Positions 1 to 12,194 of a stretch of 23,414 nucleotides of DNA are shown here, in pieces (position 1 is the first letter of the stretch; each line of letters begins with the position of its first letter). This DNA is from a bacterium (GTDB lineage: Bacteria; SAR324; NAC60-12). The translations under genes were made by a program, and so were the position numbers. Under the pieces are notes generated by a model. That model was not told where the DNA came from and did not search any database. It was given only the letters and a program-made list of their open reading frames with translations. The stretch spans positions 1 to 23,414 of the forward strand of contig CBDDTI010000272.1 in assembly GCA_965233585.1 (NCBI GenBank), in the 5' to 3' direction.

Positions 1-226
1 ATGTCTGTTACTTAATATGTCCAAAAACGTAGAGTCAACATGGGTGTTAAATGCAATTGTTCTATAAACACAGCTGCAGAGAGAAACCTGAAATGTGTCA
101 ATCTCGAAAGAAAGACTTTCAAAACACAAGTGAATATGTAACGAAAATAAGACGGTTTAAATTTTGCAGCGTTTTCAGTTCATGATATCTTAATTACGCG
201 TAAAGGGAGACAGATCACGCATCATA

Positions 227-295
227 ATGCTGCAATTATATCATAGAATATTCCTAGCTTATTTATTGTTTTCCACCCTGGGTTTTCATGTTAAG
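227..295 (+). CDS. C-type lectin/PAN protein, exon 1 (signal peptide MLQLYHRIFLAYLLFSTLGFHVK)
   Basis: ATG at 227, hydrophobic N-terminus, donor AAG|gtgagc (phase 0). The full join 227..295,419..434,2415..2619,3954..4123,4651..4916 is 726 nt = 241 aa + stop, with all phases compatible. Confidence 0.7.
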
Positions 296-418
296 GTGAG
301 CCGTACTTTTTTAATCAAATCTATGATACATATTTCAGTTAGGATTCTTAATAAATTTTGTATGCTCAGCTTATTTTGTAATCGGTATTCACTATTTCAG
401 AATTTTGTTGTCTCTCAG

Positions 419-434
419 TCCGTTCCAGTCAAAG
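419..434 (+). CDS. C-type lectin/PAN protein, exon 2 (16-nt microexon, SVPVK+G)
   Basis: Acceptor ttttgttgtctctcag|, donor AAAG|gtagga. Converts phase 0 to the phase 1 needed by the exon at 2415. Confidence 0.65.
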
Positions 435-1099
435 GTAGGAGCGAACTTGATCGTTTATAGAAAATTGATTTGTATGGGAAACGAATGATATTTGCCCACA
501 AATCTGATTATCCTAGATATGGACTTAATTTCAAAACTACAGCAAATTTAAATTTTAAAGGCAAAACATTCGTGTGCAAGACAATTATAGAGATATATTA
601 ATATAAGTGCATGGTGTAATGACATGTTTAGTTTTGAATACCGTAAATCTCTTCTTAAATGTGATCAGGTATTATGAATTTTGCGTCTTTCTTTTTGTAT
701 CCTGCACCCTAAGGACCCATTTGCTTTTCAAAAAAAAAGTATTCCAAAAAATAATTTTGATAAATTAAATATTACCTGCTCCCGTTTTCCAAGTGTTCCC
801 AGAAATAATGTGCCTTACATAGGTATTCATGTATCATATCCTCAAGAGACTATGACATCTACGACGTATTCGTTTGGATGCCTTCTATTAAAGTGATAGT
901 CGCTGCGATGCATGTAAGCAGGCTGTTAAGGGGGAGATAAAATCAAGGCCGGATTGATATTATGTATTTGTTTATTTGTCAGAATATTCCTTGTTTGCTT
1001 ATATTGAATATTTCATTTTAATTTCAATTGATTTCAACCAACTGATCGCCTCTCTTTCATACACGAGAGGCAATGGGAAGCATTTTATGTGCACGGCCT

Positions 1100-1395
1100 A
1101 GGGGCGACTCCGACCTCTCCGAAACCGAAGGCCACGTCTCCTGCGTCTTCAGTGTTACGTGGTTAGAAGGGGACGTTAAGAGCCAACACACTTGTAGAAA
1201 AGAGTAGGGCACGTACATGGCGTAGTTCCCGGTGTTGTGGTCTGGCCTTGTCTCACTGGCTGGTGCTTCAGATAGGGAACCTCATCAGGTTCACCTTTTC
1301 CCCTTTGGACAGACGGAATTGTCCAAGAAAAATCACTATGACCAAGACTATGGCTCGAAAGTGTATTCTTCTAGCATGGTTAAGGAAAAATACTA
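1100..1395 (+). mobile_element. Diverged SINE-like repeat fragment in lectin intron 2
   Basis: GC-richer block containing gggacgttaagagccaacacac...agagtagggc...agttcccggtgttgtggtctg, which I recall from cnidarian SINE bodies. Boundaries are approximate and there is no tRNA head. Confidence 0.4.
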
Positions 1396-1939
1396 TCTAG
1401 CCGCTGTGATGAACGTGTGCAATGGGAGAAACACAACCGTTACTAGATTTTGTTTCATGGGAGACCGCACGTTTATAAATTTTAAGAGTCATATTTTCGT
1501 ACATTCTATTTTTGTTATGTTTAGTAATTGTTATGGTGGCATATCGCAGTAGTGGTTTTTAGTGTGCCGATACAACATTCACAAAGATAAAGTGAAGCAT
1601 CAGCTCGCATTGATTCCAATCAATCTACTCAGTGACGATTTTATCTCGTCTAGAGAATGTATTAATACGGAAATTCCCATGAAAATGGCGCATTTGAATT
1701 CTTGCTTTAGTGATCTGTTTTCCTAGCAGAATAAACTTCTGGATGATGTAGAGCCGTCTTGAATGGAACCTTAATGAGTCTTTATGTGAATTTGTGACAA
1801 CTTCCACGTTTGATTCAACACCAATGAACTCAATTCGAGCAGTTGTATCCATCACTTTGTTTAGATAAACCTTACTGTCAAATTTTACAATACATGATGT
1901 GGGTACAGTTTGCGTTGTAAGCAGATGCCAAGTTGCCAA

Positions 1940-2255
1940 GGCAGCGACCGCGGTAACGCAAACGCCACCAAAAAAAAGTTCAGTGAGGAGAACAATAGCT
2001 GTGCACGTGCGTTGTAAATCTTTGTACATTTCTTTGCCGTCCTCTGCAAAACAAGAACGTGAAATGACCAAGTTCTAGGTGGTCTGAGGAACGAGAACGA
2101 TGCAGGCTAATATTTTGTATTTCCATTCGGAATTTAGCGCTGTCATTGCATATTAAGCCTGAGCACATTTTTAGAGCCATTGGCGTACTGAACAGATTTA
2201 GACAATTGCGAATTTCGCTCAGTGTAAAATATAAATTCATTTTTAACAAGGCGAC
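1940..2255. mobile_element. Non-autonomous DNA-element (MITE-like) fragment
   Basis: Contains tgcacgtgcgttgtaaatctttgtacatttctttgccgtcctctgcaaaacaagaacgtgaaatgaccaa, recalled as a very common coral interspersed repeat. Termini not resolved. Confidence 0.5.
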
Positions 2256-2414
2256 CTATTGTTTCATTTTGTCACAGTCTTTCACATGTTATGGTACGAC
2301 TTAGAGAAATATTGTTGAATAATAAGCAAATTTAATCGATTGCCAAGTCCAATCGTATAATATATCGTGCAATTGAAATATAATGCAATGTCTTATTTTC
2401 TCGTACCTTGACAG

Positions 2415-2619
2415 GGCGATGTCCTAGCGGTTGGCTACGATATAAAGATCACTGTATTGTATTCTTACCGGAAAGAAAGACTTGGGGTGAAGCTAGAGAA
2501 GTATGTAACGCCTTCGGAGGAGATCTAGTTACTATAAGGGATGCAAACGAGCAATCGTTTGTGTACGATAATCTTGCTGTTGGGAAAACGCTCTGGATTG
2601 GCCTGAGAAGAGACGATAA
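2415..2619 (+). CDS. C-type lectin/PAN protein, exon 3 (N-terminal half of CTLD)
   Basis: CPSGW..C..F..KTW.EA..C...GG.LV.I....EQ.F......WIGL is the canonical CTLD pattern. Acceptor ttgacag|, donor AA|gtatgt (phase 2). Confidence 0.92.
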
Positions 2620-3302
2620 GTATGTTCAAGTAATTTATTATATTATAAAAGGGTAAAACTATCATTTTGCGTATGTAACCACAGTATGCAAATGGTTTTC
2701 AGATAGCACGCGCGCCTAACACAAAAACCCAGAGAGGATAAATGGCAGATTGAGTTGATCCCCCAATTATTATAAGGCCTTACTTCCAAGTTATTTTTAG
2801 ACATTGTACCCAGTTCTCTCGCTGCTGATGCGACGTCGCGTGCTGCGTGGATGTTTACTTGATGGATGAAAATACGCGTAACGTGCATTGGGCTGTCCAT
2901 GTGAGAAAAAAACTCGCTTCACAGCTTTGAGTGACTGGGATATCAAATACAGAGATCGTAGCCGGGCTAATTGAAAAACAACTTGAGAGAGACTTTCCAG
3001 GGAATAAGGTCTTCATTAGAGCTTAAATCTCTTCCCGAGATTTTAGGTAAAGCCAAAATATAGAGCGAGTTCATTAGGGAGGAAAAAAGGGATTTGTGAT
3101 GTTTATTTAGCGAGCGCGTATATTGTCATATTGTTTCGGACAAGTCAGTGTCATGCATGTTATTTTTAATTAACATTAAACATTTTGTGAAGGATATCTG
3201 AAATAATTCATATTTGTACTGCGGTTGTAGATGAAGTGAAGAGTGGTCATCGCAGTAAATTTTCCAATTTAAGCAATTGGAAAGAAGAAGCCTGAAAAAT
3301 CA

Positions 3303-3376
3303 GGTCTTCAACGGGATTTGAACCCATGACCTCCGCGAATACCGGAGCGATGCTCTACCAACTGAGCTATGAAGCC
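3303..3376 (-). pseudogene. Second (inverted) tRNA-like copy inside repeat
   Basis: Reverse complement reads GGCTTCATAGCTCAGTTGGTAGAGC...GGGTTCAAATCCCGTTGAAGACC, near-identical to 3550-3623. Confidence 0.75.
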
Positions 3377-3409
3377 ACACATTGGGAAGTGAAATTTCCA
3401 ATTGCTTGA

Positions 3410-3440
<31 letters not shown>

Positions 3441-3549
3441 ACTTCATCTACAACCGCAGTACAAATATGAATTATTTCATATATCCTTCACATCACTTCA
3501 CTGCACGGGAAAATATGAACTCAATAAATTGACCTCGCTCCCAATGTGT

Positions 3550-3623
<74 letters not shown>

Positions 3624-3658
3624 TGATTTTTTCAGGCTTCTTCTTTCCAATTGCTTAA

Positions 3659-3689
<31 letters not shown>

Positions 3690-3953
3690 ACTTCATTAAA
3701 CATTTTACTTAATATTAAATTAAGCATCTTATGTACGTTTAGAATATTCTTGATAATACTTAAATTTATATTGAAACTCCTAGTTGAGAAGAATTAATAA
3801 ATTATTGCATATTGTGATCTATATAACCTCTCTTGCTCGCATAATATTAAGAGTTGAAAACTGACATGGAGATTCACTTACATGTAATAGATTTGTCTTC
3901 TTTCTTTCATTTTCTTCCTCATTTTTGGATTCATACACATCTCAACAATTCAG

Positions 3954-4123
3954 TGAAGTGTTTCATTGGGTGGATGGAACAGAACTTCATTTCAAGAACT
4001 GGGTTACTGGAGCTCCCGACAGCTTGAGCGAAAAGTGTGGAGAGATGACAGATTACGGTTCATTTCGAGGAAAGTGGAACGACAAGCATTGTTCATCAGC
4101 GCAGCCTTTTATCTGCGAGATAG
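3954..4123 (+). CDS. C-type lectin/PAN protein, exon 4 (C-terminal half of CTLD)
   Basis: F.W.DGT...F.NW..GAPD...E.C......G.WND..C.....FICE. Acceptor attcag|T (phase 2), donor G|gttcac (phase 1). Confidence 0.92.
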
Positions 4124-4650
4124 GTTCACTATGAAATGCTTTTTGTCTCGTTTACTTTTTATTCTTGACTACATGATTAAAAAAATCTTCCAAGGGTTTC
4201 CAAGCCACGACACGTTGGCAAACTGATCTATTATGCCGTTTGTTAGAACATTTTCTGTGAATTTAGCTCACTGTAAACTGAGTTACTGGCAGACTGGTTG
4301 ACAGTCCGAGCTGCGATACAGGTAACTCTGCCAATCGCCTGGAATGACGATCTGGATCAGGGTGCTAGCATCTCTGTTTGGTCAAAAAATTGTCAGCCCA
4401 TTTCTTAACTATCACCTCACTTCATCTATCGTTTTTGCGCTCTTTTGCACACAAAGCCGCAAACTTCTTAGCTATCAGTATTACTATTAGTTTTTTTGCT
4501 TGTCAGATCTCTGATCTCATTGAAAAAAAGTTAGGCGGGGCATATATTTCCAAGTTTCAGCTATCACTTTTAAGCTAAGCCTGTTCACGGATTATACATA
4601 GAAGTTGTAATTACCTTAATTACCTTATGTTCTCCCGGTTTATTTTGCAG

Positions 4651-4916
4651 TCATGGACTTCGGCAACGTTTTCAAAATTTTCCAAGAGAAAATACTGGTT
4701 GGTCACGTGATAAAGCGTTTTAGATCGACGGGTGACGTCGAGTGCTTGCTGCGATGTCAAAGATATCCCGGATGTACGTCGATAAACTTTGTTCGCAGCT
4801 CCTCAAAATCAAATAAAAAGGGACAAAGCTTCTGCGAGTTCAATAGACAAGCAGAAGGAGCTTCGTCTGGAAACCTCCGTACGAAAGAAAAGTCATCTTA
4901 TTACAATACAATTTAA
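4651..4916 (+). CDS. C-type lectin/PAN protein, exon 5 (PAN/apple domain, stop)
   Basis: Acceptor tattttgcag| (phase 1). L.GHVI......ECLLRC....C.SINF.......C.(F)N is the 4-Cys PAN/apple pattern. TAA at 4914-4916. Confidence 0.85.
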
Positions 4917-5324
4917 AGCATTCTCAGATTTTAAATACGGCGTCGAAGCATGCAAGTTGACATCTTACACTTTTTAACACAATTACTTTTACCTGTGACC
5001 TCTGGCACGAACATACCAGCGCAGTGGATTAAAGGTCGCTTCTCGTTCTCTGGGGCGTCCTTTACGGGAAACTGGCTTACTATAGGTCAGTGAAACGCGA
5101 GACCCTCACGGGGAACAAATACAAAGATTAGAGGTGAAACAAGGCAAAGCAATACTGGTATCTCACAAACGCCCAGACGATGGTGAACAGCTTACCGTAG
5201 CAACGAAACAACCTGTTACACACGCTCTCAATTTGTGCTTGCTTAAAATTCTCAAACGGCTTGGTTGAAAACATTTTTTGATACACCTTTTTGTGAACTT
5301 AAGAAAAAACCACCATAGCATGTA

Positions 5325-5490
<166 letters not shown>

Positions 5491-5711
5491 GGGGAGGAGG
5501 AGGAGGAGGAGGAGGAGATGGAGGAGGAGGAGGAGGAGGAGGAGATGGAGGGGGAGGAGGAGGAGGAGGAGGAGGAGGAGGAGGAGGAGGAGGAGGAGGA
5601 GGAGGAGGAGAAGGAGGAGGAGGAGGAGGAGGAGGAGGAGGAGGAGGAGGAGGAGGAGGAGGAGGAGGAGGAGGAGGAGGAGGAGGAGGAGGAGGAGGAG
5701 GAGGAGGAGGA
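5491..5711. repeat. (GAG)n microsatellite, about 220 bp, nearly pure polypurine
   Basis: Direct reading. A few interruptions (atg, ggg, aag). Confidence 0.98.
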
Positions 5712-7034
5712 TATTAAAAATAAAAACAGTGAATACTCCGGAACCCTCCAACCCCCACAAATATTTGTTTATATATTTTTATTTTTGCATAACGTTTCAT
5801 CTCAACCTGCTTATCACAATTCGCCAATTATAGTAATAAAATATGGTTTTCAACGAGCCGTTTAAGTTACAAGCACACATAGTCGTATTGCTGCTATGGT
5901 AACCTATGATACCATAAAGATGACCACAATTCGTTCAACACTGATTGGGCATATATGTGGTAAACCAAAATCGGAGTATTGATCTGCAAATTAAAACTGC
6001 TGGAAAGTGGCGAAAATATGTTGCCACACAGGTTTAGATGTCACAAAACAAGGGGGAATAGGCCCGTGTCAGGGCTCTGCTTGATTTCTCTTGGAGATTG
6101 GGACGAGTGAAAAGTTGGGTAGCCAGGCCTGGGGTGTAAATAACGCCTGGAATATAAATGACAGAGAAGCTCAAGAGAAACACGCTGCTTTTGTCTTCAA
6201 ATTATGAGGAGTGGGAAACTTAGTCCAGAAGAGAAAACTTTACCTAGCGACTCAGTACTAACGGGACTATCAACTGCTGTATTCACAGTGATAATTCCGC
6301 GCTTTTACCGCTCAGCCGGGGGAGTGTCGACAAAGCGTCCACGTTTTTTAGCCGCCATTTTAACTCCTCCGATTTGCGGAAGCGTCACTGCATTATCATG
6401 GCAGTATCTTGTTTCTGGTCCGATAAGACAACAAAGACTTAAGTGTGTATCGTGTGCAAGTGTCAGGGGAGCGCTGATTGTGTTATTCAATGGCTGCTTG
6501 GTTCCATCAGTTGTTGTGGCTTTGTTGCGCTTCAAGAGGAAAGCAAGTTTACAAAAGCCAGTGTTGGGTGCCTTCGTTGATTTCTGTTATGCGCCTTACT
6601 ATGGACGATTTAAACTTCACTTAATTGGACTTGCTGCGTTTCAGGCCGTTTTAGGGTACGGACTGGCTGGCTGGGTCTACATGGAGGAGTTAGTTAACAA
6701 TAGAAATGTCACCGGGTAGCTTAGTAGCAACATCAAACGAACAAACAGACAACAAATAGGAAAATGAAAATTGTATTTATGACAGAAAGAAAAAAAAAAA
6801 AAGATTAAATAATATGGGTTGAATCAAAATGCCCAGGCCAAAAGAAAAGTTTGCATGTATGGTTGGATACAGTGGAATGCAAAATGATATCAAAAATTAA
6901 AGGCTCCACTAGCCCCTATGGTTATTCCAGACAGCCAGTTCTTTAATTTCATTATTTATATTTTCTATCAAATTAAACATAATTGGTTAATGTTGTCAAC
7001 ACCTCAATGTACCTTTGTATAAGGTGTTTGTGCG

Positions 7035-7065
7035 GAGAAGATGAGAGACCCTGGGAACGAGGTTG
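7035..7065. mobile_element. Isolated MITE terminus (gagagaccctgggaacgaggttg)
   Basis: Matches the recalled terminus of an abundant coral MITE (caacctcgttcccagggtctctc). No partner end is visible. Confidence 0.45.
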
Positions 7066-7267
7066 CTATTAAGCCTGGTCTCGGAATAAATATGGACACA
7101 TTTATATTTTATCGTTAGAAACCCTGATGAATATTATAGTATGCATGTGTAAAAAGTCTGTAGCGAGACAGAGTACTGGGGTAACATAGGCAGTACAATA
7201 CGAGTACCAGGTCTATGAACACGTGTCCCATTCTCATGGGGACAAAAAGAGCATCAGATATAAGATA

Positions 7268-7671
7268 CATAGGAATGTTGTGTTGTGTAGCACTATGAAC
7301 ACCTTAATGGTGGAACAGAGAATTAACTCTGAAGTGTAAATTTAAGTGCTATGTGAAACCCATGAAAGACCCACTGGGCATTAGCCTTAGTAAAGGGAAT
7401 CCCGGAACCACACAAGGTAAAGAAAAAGAGAAATTCACCACCTACATCGTCCCCGACTTTCTCTGTCCAACCTCGTAGCTCAGTTGGCAGAGTCACGGTA
7501 GATCTAATCCGGAGGTCGTGGGTTCAATTCCCACCGAGGTCAAAAGAATCTTTTCTTTACCTCACATGGTTTCGTGATTCCTTTTATTAAGGCTAACGCC
7601 CAGTGGGTCTTTCATGGGTTTCACATAGCACTTTAATTTACACTTCAGAGTTAATTCTCTGTTCCACCATT
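7268..7671 (+). mobile_element. Second tRNA-cored element with inverted 5' segment
   Basis: About 120-bp inverted arms 7306-7426 / 7551-7671 around a tRNA-like core. Flanking 14-bp direct repeat tcagatataagata (7254-7267) / tcagacataagata (7672-7685), one mismatch. Confidence 0.8.
7469..7542 (+). pseudogene. tRNA-like sequence inside repeat (possibly Arg-TCT derived)
   Basis: ACCTCG/CGAGGT acceptor stem, A-box TAGCTCAGTTGG, T arm GTGGGTTCAATTCCCAC. TCTAATCCGGAGGT resembles tRNA-Arg(TCT). The anticodon stem is broken. Confidence 0.7.
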
Positions 7672-7927
7672 TCAGACATAAGATAGTTAACTTGGTGTTT
7701 TTATATTGAAAATTTCTGCTCTGGGACTCCTTGTTCATTCTATTGGACTTCTTAACTTTTGTACAGATTTTATCAATACAAGAAATTGTCGTCTTTATTG
7801 TACACTAGACTTTGTACTTTTTCAATTGTTGTTCAAAAAAGGTTTTTATCCTTTGGAACTGGAAGGAGTTACCCCTGTTATTGATTACATGTATGTCAAA
7901 AGTACATTGTATGCCAATTCCTTTTAA

Positions 7928-8017
7928 CCCTTTCAAGACCAAGAGTGACTTGATAGATTTTACTCTAACGCCAGACGATTTTACTCGTCAAAGGGAAACC
8001 CCTTGGGAGTGAAAGGG
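7928..8017. mobile_element. 90-bp piggyBac-type MITE
   Basis: TTAA at 7924-7927, TIRs ccctttca / tgaaaggg. The right flank is taaa (degenerate TTAA). Confidence 0.7.
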
Positions 8018-8032
8018 TAAAAAAAAAAGCAG

Positions 8033-8236
8033 GATGACCCGGCATCATATGTGGATTGAGTTTGTTGTTGGTTCTTACCGTTGCTCGGAGGGTTTTTCTC
8101 AAGGTTCTGTGGTTTTCCTCCCTTCTCAAAAACCAACATTTCTAAATTCCAATTGAATCGGGAATTTGAGGGCCACGGGTTTATCAGTTGAAGAACTGTT
8201 GTGTGTCACCCTCATTAAACAAAGTTAATTTATTTA
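8033..8236 (+). mobile_element. 5'-truncated SINE with V-SINE-like core
   Basis: tgtggattgagtttgttgttggttc...ggtttttctc..ggttctgtggttttcctccc..caaaaacc resembles the V-domain. Ends in an aaagttaatttattta tail. Confidence 0.65.
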
Positions 8237-8468
8237 TACTGATGACCCATCCCACCACCACCTCCAATACGTTTTGACTAGTCCCCAAGACACTGCATTT
8301 GGAAGAATAAATTGCTAGACAAGTAAATCTAGCTGTACAATTATTACTTGGGTTACAATAAAACACCATGACAACAGCAGCTTTCTTGCGTTCACAAGTC
8401 TTATAATATTTAATGTCAATCTTTATAATCTGATCTGTCATCAAACTTTAATTAAAAGTGTATTTTAT

Positions 8469-8985
8469 CCTTAGCTCTTATTAACCGAGCAGGAGGTCTG
8501 TATGGGAGAATCTTGACCGAGGTCACAAGTACAGACCAAACGCAGTGAGGTCTGTATACAAGACCGAGGTCAAGATTTTCCCATACAGACTGACTTTGCT
8601 CTGTCAATAAGATGTTTATTATATGGCAAAACAAGAACAATTTAATTCGTTTAATGTAACTGGTTTGTAGTAACTGACATTAAATTTTTGCTTGCGAATG
8701 GCGATGAGCCAAATCTAATTCTTCCAAAGTTTGCTCGTTCTCTTTACTTTTTTTTCTCATCACCTGTTTGGCACTTACAGAGATAAATAATTATTGTTAG
8801 ATGAAAACAGTCAATGATTTTACATTTTAATTCCTGACTTTAAATTTCACTTCAAAACATTACCGATCTAGACGCTGGTCTAGACCGGAAAATCTAGACC
8901 ACAGTCAATATCCATTTCCTCCTATAAAATTTGTAAATTTGGTAGTTCCCAGTCCTTGTGGTGAGACAGAGCCATACAACAAATG
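8469..8985. mobile_element. Hairpin-ended non-autonomous element
   Basis: About 140-bp imperfect hairpin 8469-8611 (gtctgtatgggagaatcttgaccgaggtc...gaccgaggtcaagattttcccatacagac). Three TCTAGAC motifs near 8866-8900. Right boundary approximate. Confidence 0.6.
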
Positions 8986-10026
8986 TATAAACCGGGATAT
9001 ATAAATATAAATCTACCCAGCATTAACCAACTTGTAAATTTGAACGTGCATTATTTTTAACTTTGTTCATCATTTGCAGCTGAATGTTCCTTTTCAAGAG
9101 CACTGCAACTTAACTAGTTAAATAACTTTATCCCTCTTTAACTTATTTTCAAGATTTATTTGGGTTTCAAAAGCGCAGGTGCACATCTGAATAAGAAAAT
9201 CAAATATCACAATGGTAAAAAAGCATACTACCTAAAGGGTAGGTCAAGTCTTGTAGTTAGGAGATTGAAGTGCTTTGTTCGTGTAATGACAACCAAAGAC
9301 TAAAATTTGCACAATGTAAACCAGGATAATTATTCCAAACATCAACAGCTTGCATGTAACAGACTCCTATTGGAGACAACTACACACAGGTTACACCATT
9401 TGATAGCTGCACACTGACAGTTTGATGTTTAACTCTACAAATGACAGGGCCCTGTTAGGACCAAAATGCAGGGTCCCTCCTATTGTATATTGTAGCTGCT
9501 GGAATCTCAGTACCTTTACATGTACTTCTACCGTCATTTACTATTAATAATCTTAGCCCAGTAAATAAATTTATATTAAATAAATTGCCAACTTTCAAGA
9601 GTTTTCAAAAGCTTAGTAAAATTGTACATGTAAATAATGATTAATTAGTATTAACTGTAAATTTTACATGGGATATATATTTTTTTTACAACATTTACTG
9701 ATAAACAAATTAAAATTCTTCACTGGAATACTGTTTTGTTTTGTTTTTGTTTTTTTGTTCACAAAATATTACCCAGCTTTAATTTACTGAAGCACCTCAT
9801 CAGAAACCACGTAATTAATGTATTATTCAACGTTTAACGTCACTAATTTTCCCTTAAGTTTTCTTTTTTTTTCAAACATTTTACAAAAGACTCCTGAATC
9901 ATCGCAATCTTCCAAGTACTTTTTGTGTCCCTAAGGAGTTTGAAAAAACACAAATCCACTTCATGATGCATGGTCCATGCAATGTAATTAACCCACAGCA
10001 GCCATTCGCTGCAGGACAGGTAATAG

Positions 10027-10319
10027 TCAATCCTGCGGCAGAATGTCCGCATGACACATGGGACATTTATCTTGAACATACAGCCATTTTCTAAGACACA
10101 AACTGTGGAAGTAGTGATTGCACCTGGTTACTTTAGCCTTATCAAGGGCTTCATAACAAATGCAGCAGACGTCATTGAGCTGCTGCAACTGTTCCTCGGT
10201 AGCCCATTGTAAAGAGTTGAGTCTTTTTACTGCATTGCGCCGTAAAAGGAAGTTTTTCCATCCCTCCTGTGCTCTCTTGTAGACATTGAAGTATGCATGC
10301 ATTGAGATGACTAAAGCAC
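10027..10319 (-). CDS. RNF139: TRC8/RNF139-like E3 ubiquitin ligase, exon 3 (RING-H2, stop)
   Basis: HAYFNV...A..GW..F..RR.AV.....L..AT.EQL....DVC.ICY......TRCNHYFHSLCLRKWLYVQDKCPMCH, as in TRC8/RNF145 and closer to RNF139. Acceptor cttcttaaag| (phase 1). Confidence 0.93.
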
Positions 10320-10671
10320 CTTTAAGAAGAAAACATGACTAAAATTAACATGTTATAGTTAAACCAGTGTCATTTCCTAAATTTTCGCTTTCTCTTATCA
10401 TTACATTTATATTATCAAAAGCTGAATCAAAAAGAAGGAAAAGGGTTTAAAAAACATTAAACCTGAGAAATAACTTCCAAAACAGAAGAGAAGTACACCT
10501 GTATTTTAATCTTCAACTTGGCCGGGGGACTAAAACAGTTGACATTAAATCTACACAATAATATTCCTCTTACAGTAACTAACAAATACAACTTATTTTA
10601 TGTATTGTGAATTTGGTGATGAGAGAAAAGAATACTTTGGGTAGGGGGGGGGGGGGGGGTTTGTAGCAGTG

Positions 10672-10836
10672 AGTTTAATGCTCTGGGGAGACCCTAGGCC
10701 TGTAATGAACTAGCATCTCATGCGGTGGGGGTGGGCCGGGTACAGAAAAACTTTCAGCCACCTCATGCTGCAGAATCTGGAGATTAGAGCAAGCCAGATG
10801 GGCTGCTTTGCTCCTCTGTAGTCTTCACCTTACCTA
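10672..10836 (+). mobile_element. 3' part of a CORE-type SINE in TRC8 intron 2
   Basis: tttaatgctctgggg..ccct...atgaactagcatctcat...catgctgcagaatctggagatta...gatgggc...cttcaccttacc. Overlaps in sequence with the element at 16541-16730. Confidence 0.55.
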
Positions 10837-10889
10837 CATTGTAAATAGCTACAAGTAAGCACAGCAGCGAAAGATTACTTAACACTTAC

Positions 10890-12194
10890 CAATGTAGTTC
10901 CATTCTCCATTTAACGTGGCCCAAGCAGTATACCCCAGAACGACCACTGCAACTAAGAACTCAAAGACTTTTGACCCAGCGTTGATGTAATAAACATAGT
11001 CGTCCAAATCCTTCACTTGACTCTCTGAATGAACATTTGATATGAAAAGTGCATAAATTACAAGTGATCCCATTACTTGAACAATTGTCACAAGATTGGT
11101 AGAGATTATCACAAAAAGCCAAGCATCAAAAGTGAACATTTGACAAAGTATGATTATCATGTACCCAGGGAGTACCAAGATCACAGCACAAACCACTAAT
11201 GTGTTTAGATGTTTACTGTTCAAAACACCTGTGTATGTTGCCCCCAGAGACATGAGGGCTGGTTCTGTTAGTTCATAAGCAGACTGCAGAAACAGTGAAG
11301 TTGTCACAAACATCACTAGACCAATTCGCATGAGGCGTTCCTGCCTAGGTATGTTGACAATTCCAACTTGAACACACAAAAGGAAGAAGGAAACACCATT
11401 GTTCCAGAGTTCCTGATGGCGATCTTCCTGAGGACGCTCAAGATTTCCTTTAATTATGATGCTAACGATATCCAAGATAACATTTGCCATCACTCCAACC
11501 ACAATGCTAGCTCCTGCTGTATCTTGAAGGTTATCAAAACACCGTACCAGAGTTATAGATAAGGACACAGGTATACTGAAAGTCCTAGTCAAGGCAACAC
11601 TGAATATGGCTGAAAATTTTATCACCCAAGCTACCATTAAAACTTGACCTAAGTTTATTCGTTTCCAGTGGTACACACATAAATCCAGCCATCCAAAGTT
11701 GATTAAAATTCTGATTGTATTTTTAGTCATCCCTGGGATGTCCTGGAATAGTTGCAAAAACCCAAGACAAGCTTTGTACATCTGAATTGCTGACGCAAAT
11801 GCAAGGTAGGCCAGACAGATGTCCCTTAAGATTGATGACGCCTTAACAAATGGAAGAGTCAAAAGCTGAATTATGACAGGGAAAATAATAAACATTGCCA
11901 CTGTTTGTTTGGCACTGACAGCAGCCCATTTACGAGGAGCAATAGCTATGCTGACTGCAACAAACACTTGAGCATATAAAACTGAATAACCATAAATGCC
12001 ATCCAGATAAGATGAACTGTCAAGGCTTGAGTTTCTTCTGGAGTTATCTTTTTTCATATCTGAAGGAGTGTACATAACAATCACAACAAATGCAGCCAGG
12101 AGAACAACTTCCTCCATGAACCAAACAAAGCATTTCTGAAGGTAGCTACGGTTTGCAAGCAACCCAGTGGCACCAAGAACTCCACTGATCAGAG
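10890..12194 (-). CDS. RNF139: TRC8/RNF139-like E3 ubiquitin ligase, exon 2 (multi-pass TRC8_N membrane domain)
   Basis: Many hydrophobic helices, HWKRI, LDDYVYY...FEF motifs. Acceptor ttgtatttccttgcag| and donor G|gtaagt, 1305 nt, phase 1-1. Confidence 0.93.

Noticed and set aside
823..913. Possible extra lectin exon ending at cat|gtaagc
   Set aside because: I found no stop-free, phase-compatible reading, and the 419-434 microexon already resolves the phase.
1625..2249. 148-aa and 89-aa minus-strand ORFs
   Set aside because: They start within an interspersed repeat and have no recognisable domain.
6204..6719. 171-aa plus-strand ORF
   Set aside because: No recognisable motif, and explainable by higher GC content. 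The region is kept only as a low-confidence finding.
7325..7372. Hammerhead in the second tRNA-cored element (ctgaagtg...gaaac)
   Set aside because: The core is CUGAAGU rather than CUGANGA, and I could not form stems I and II.
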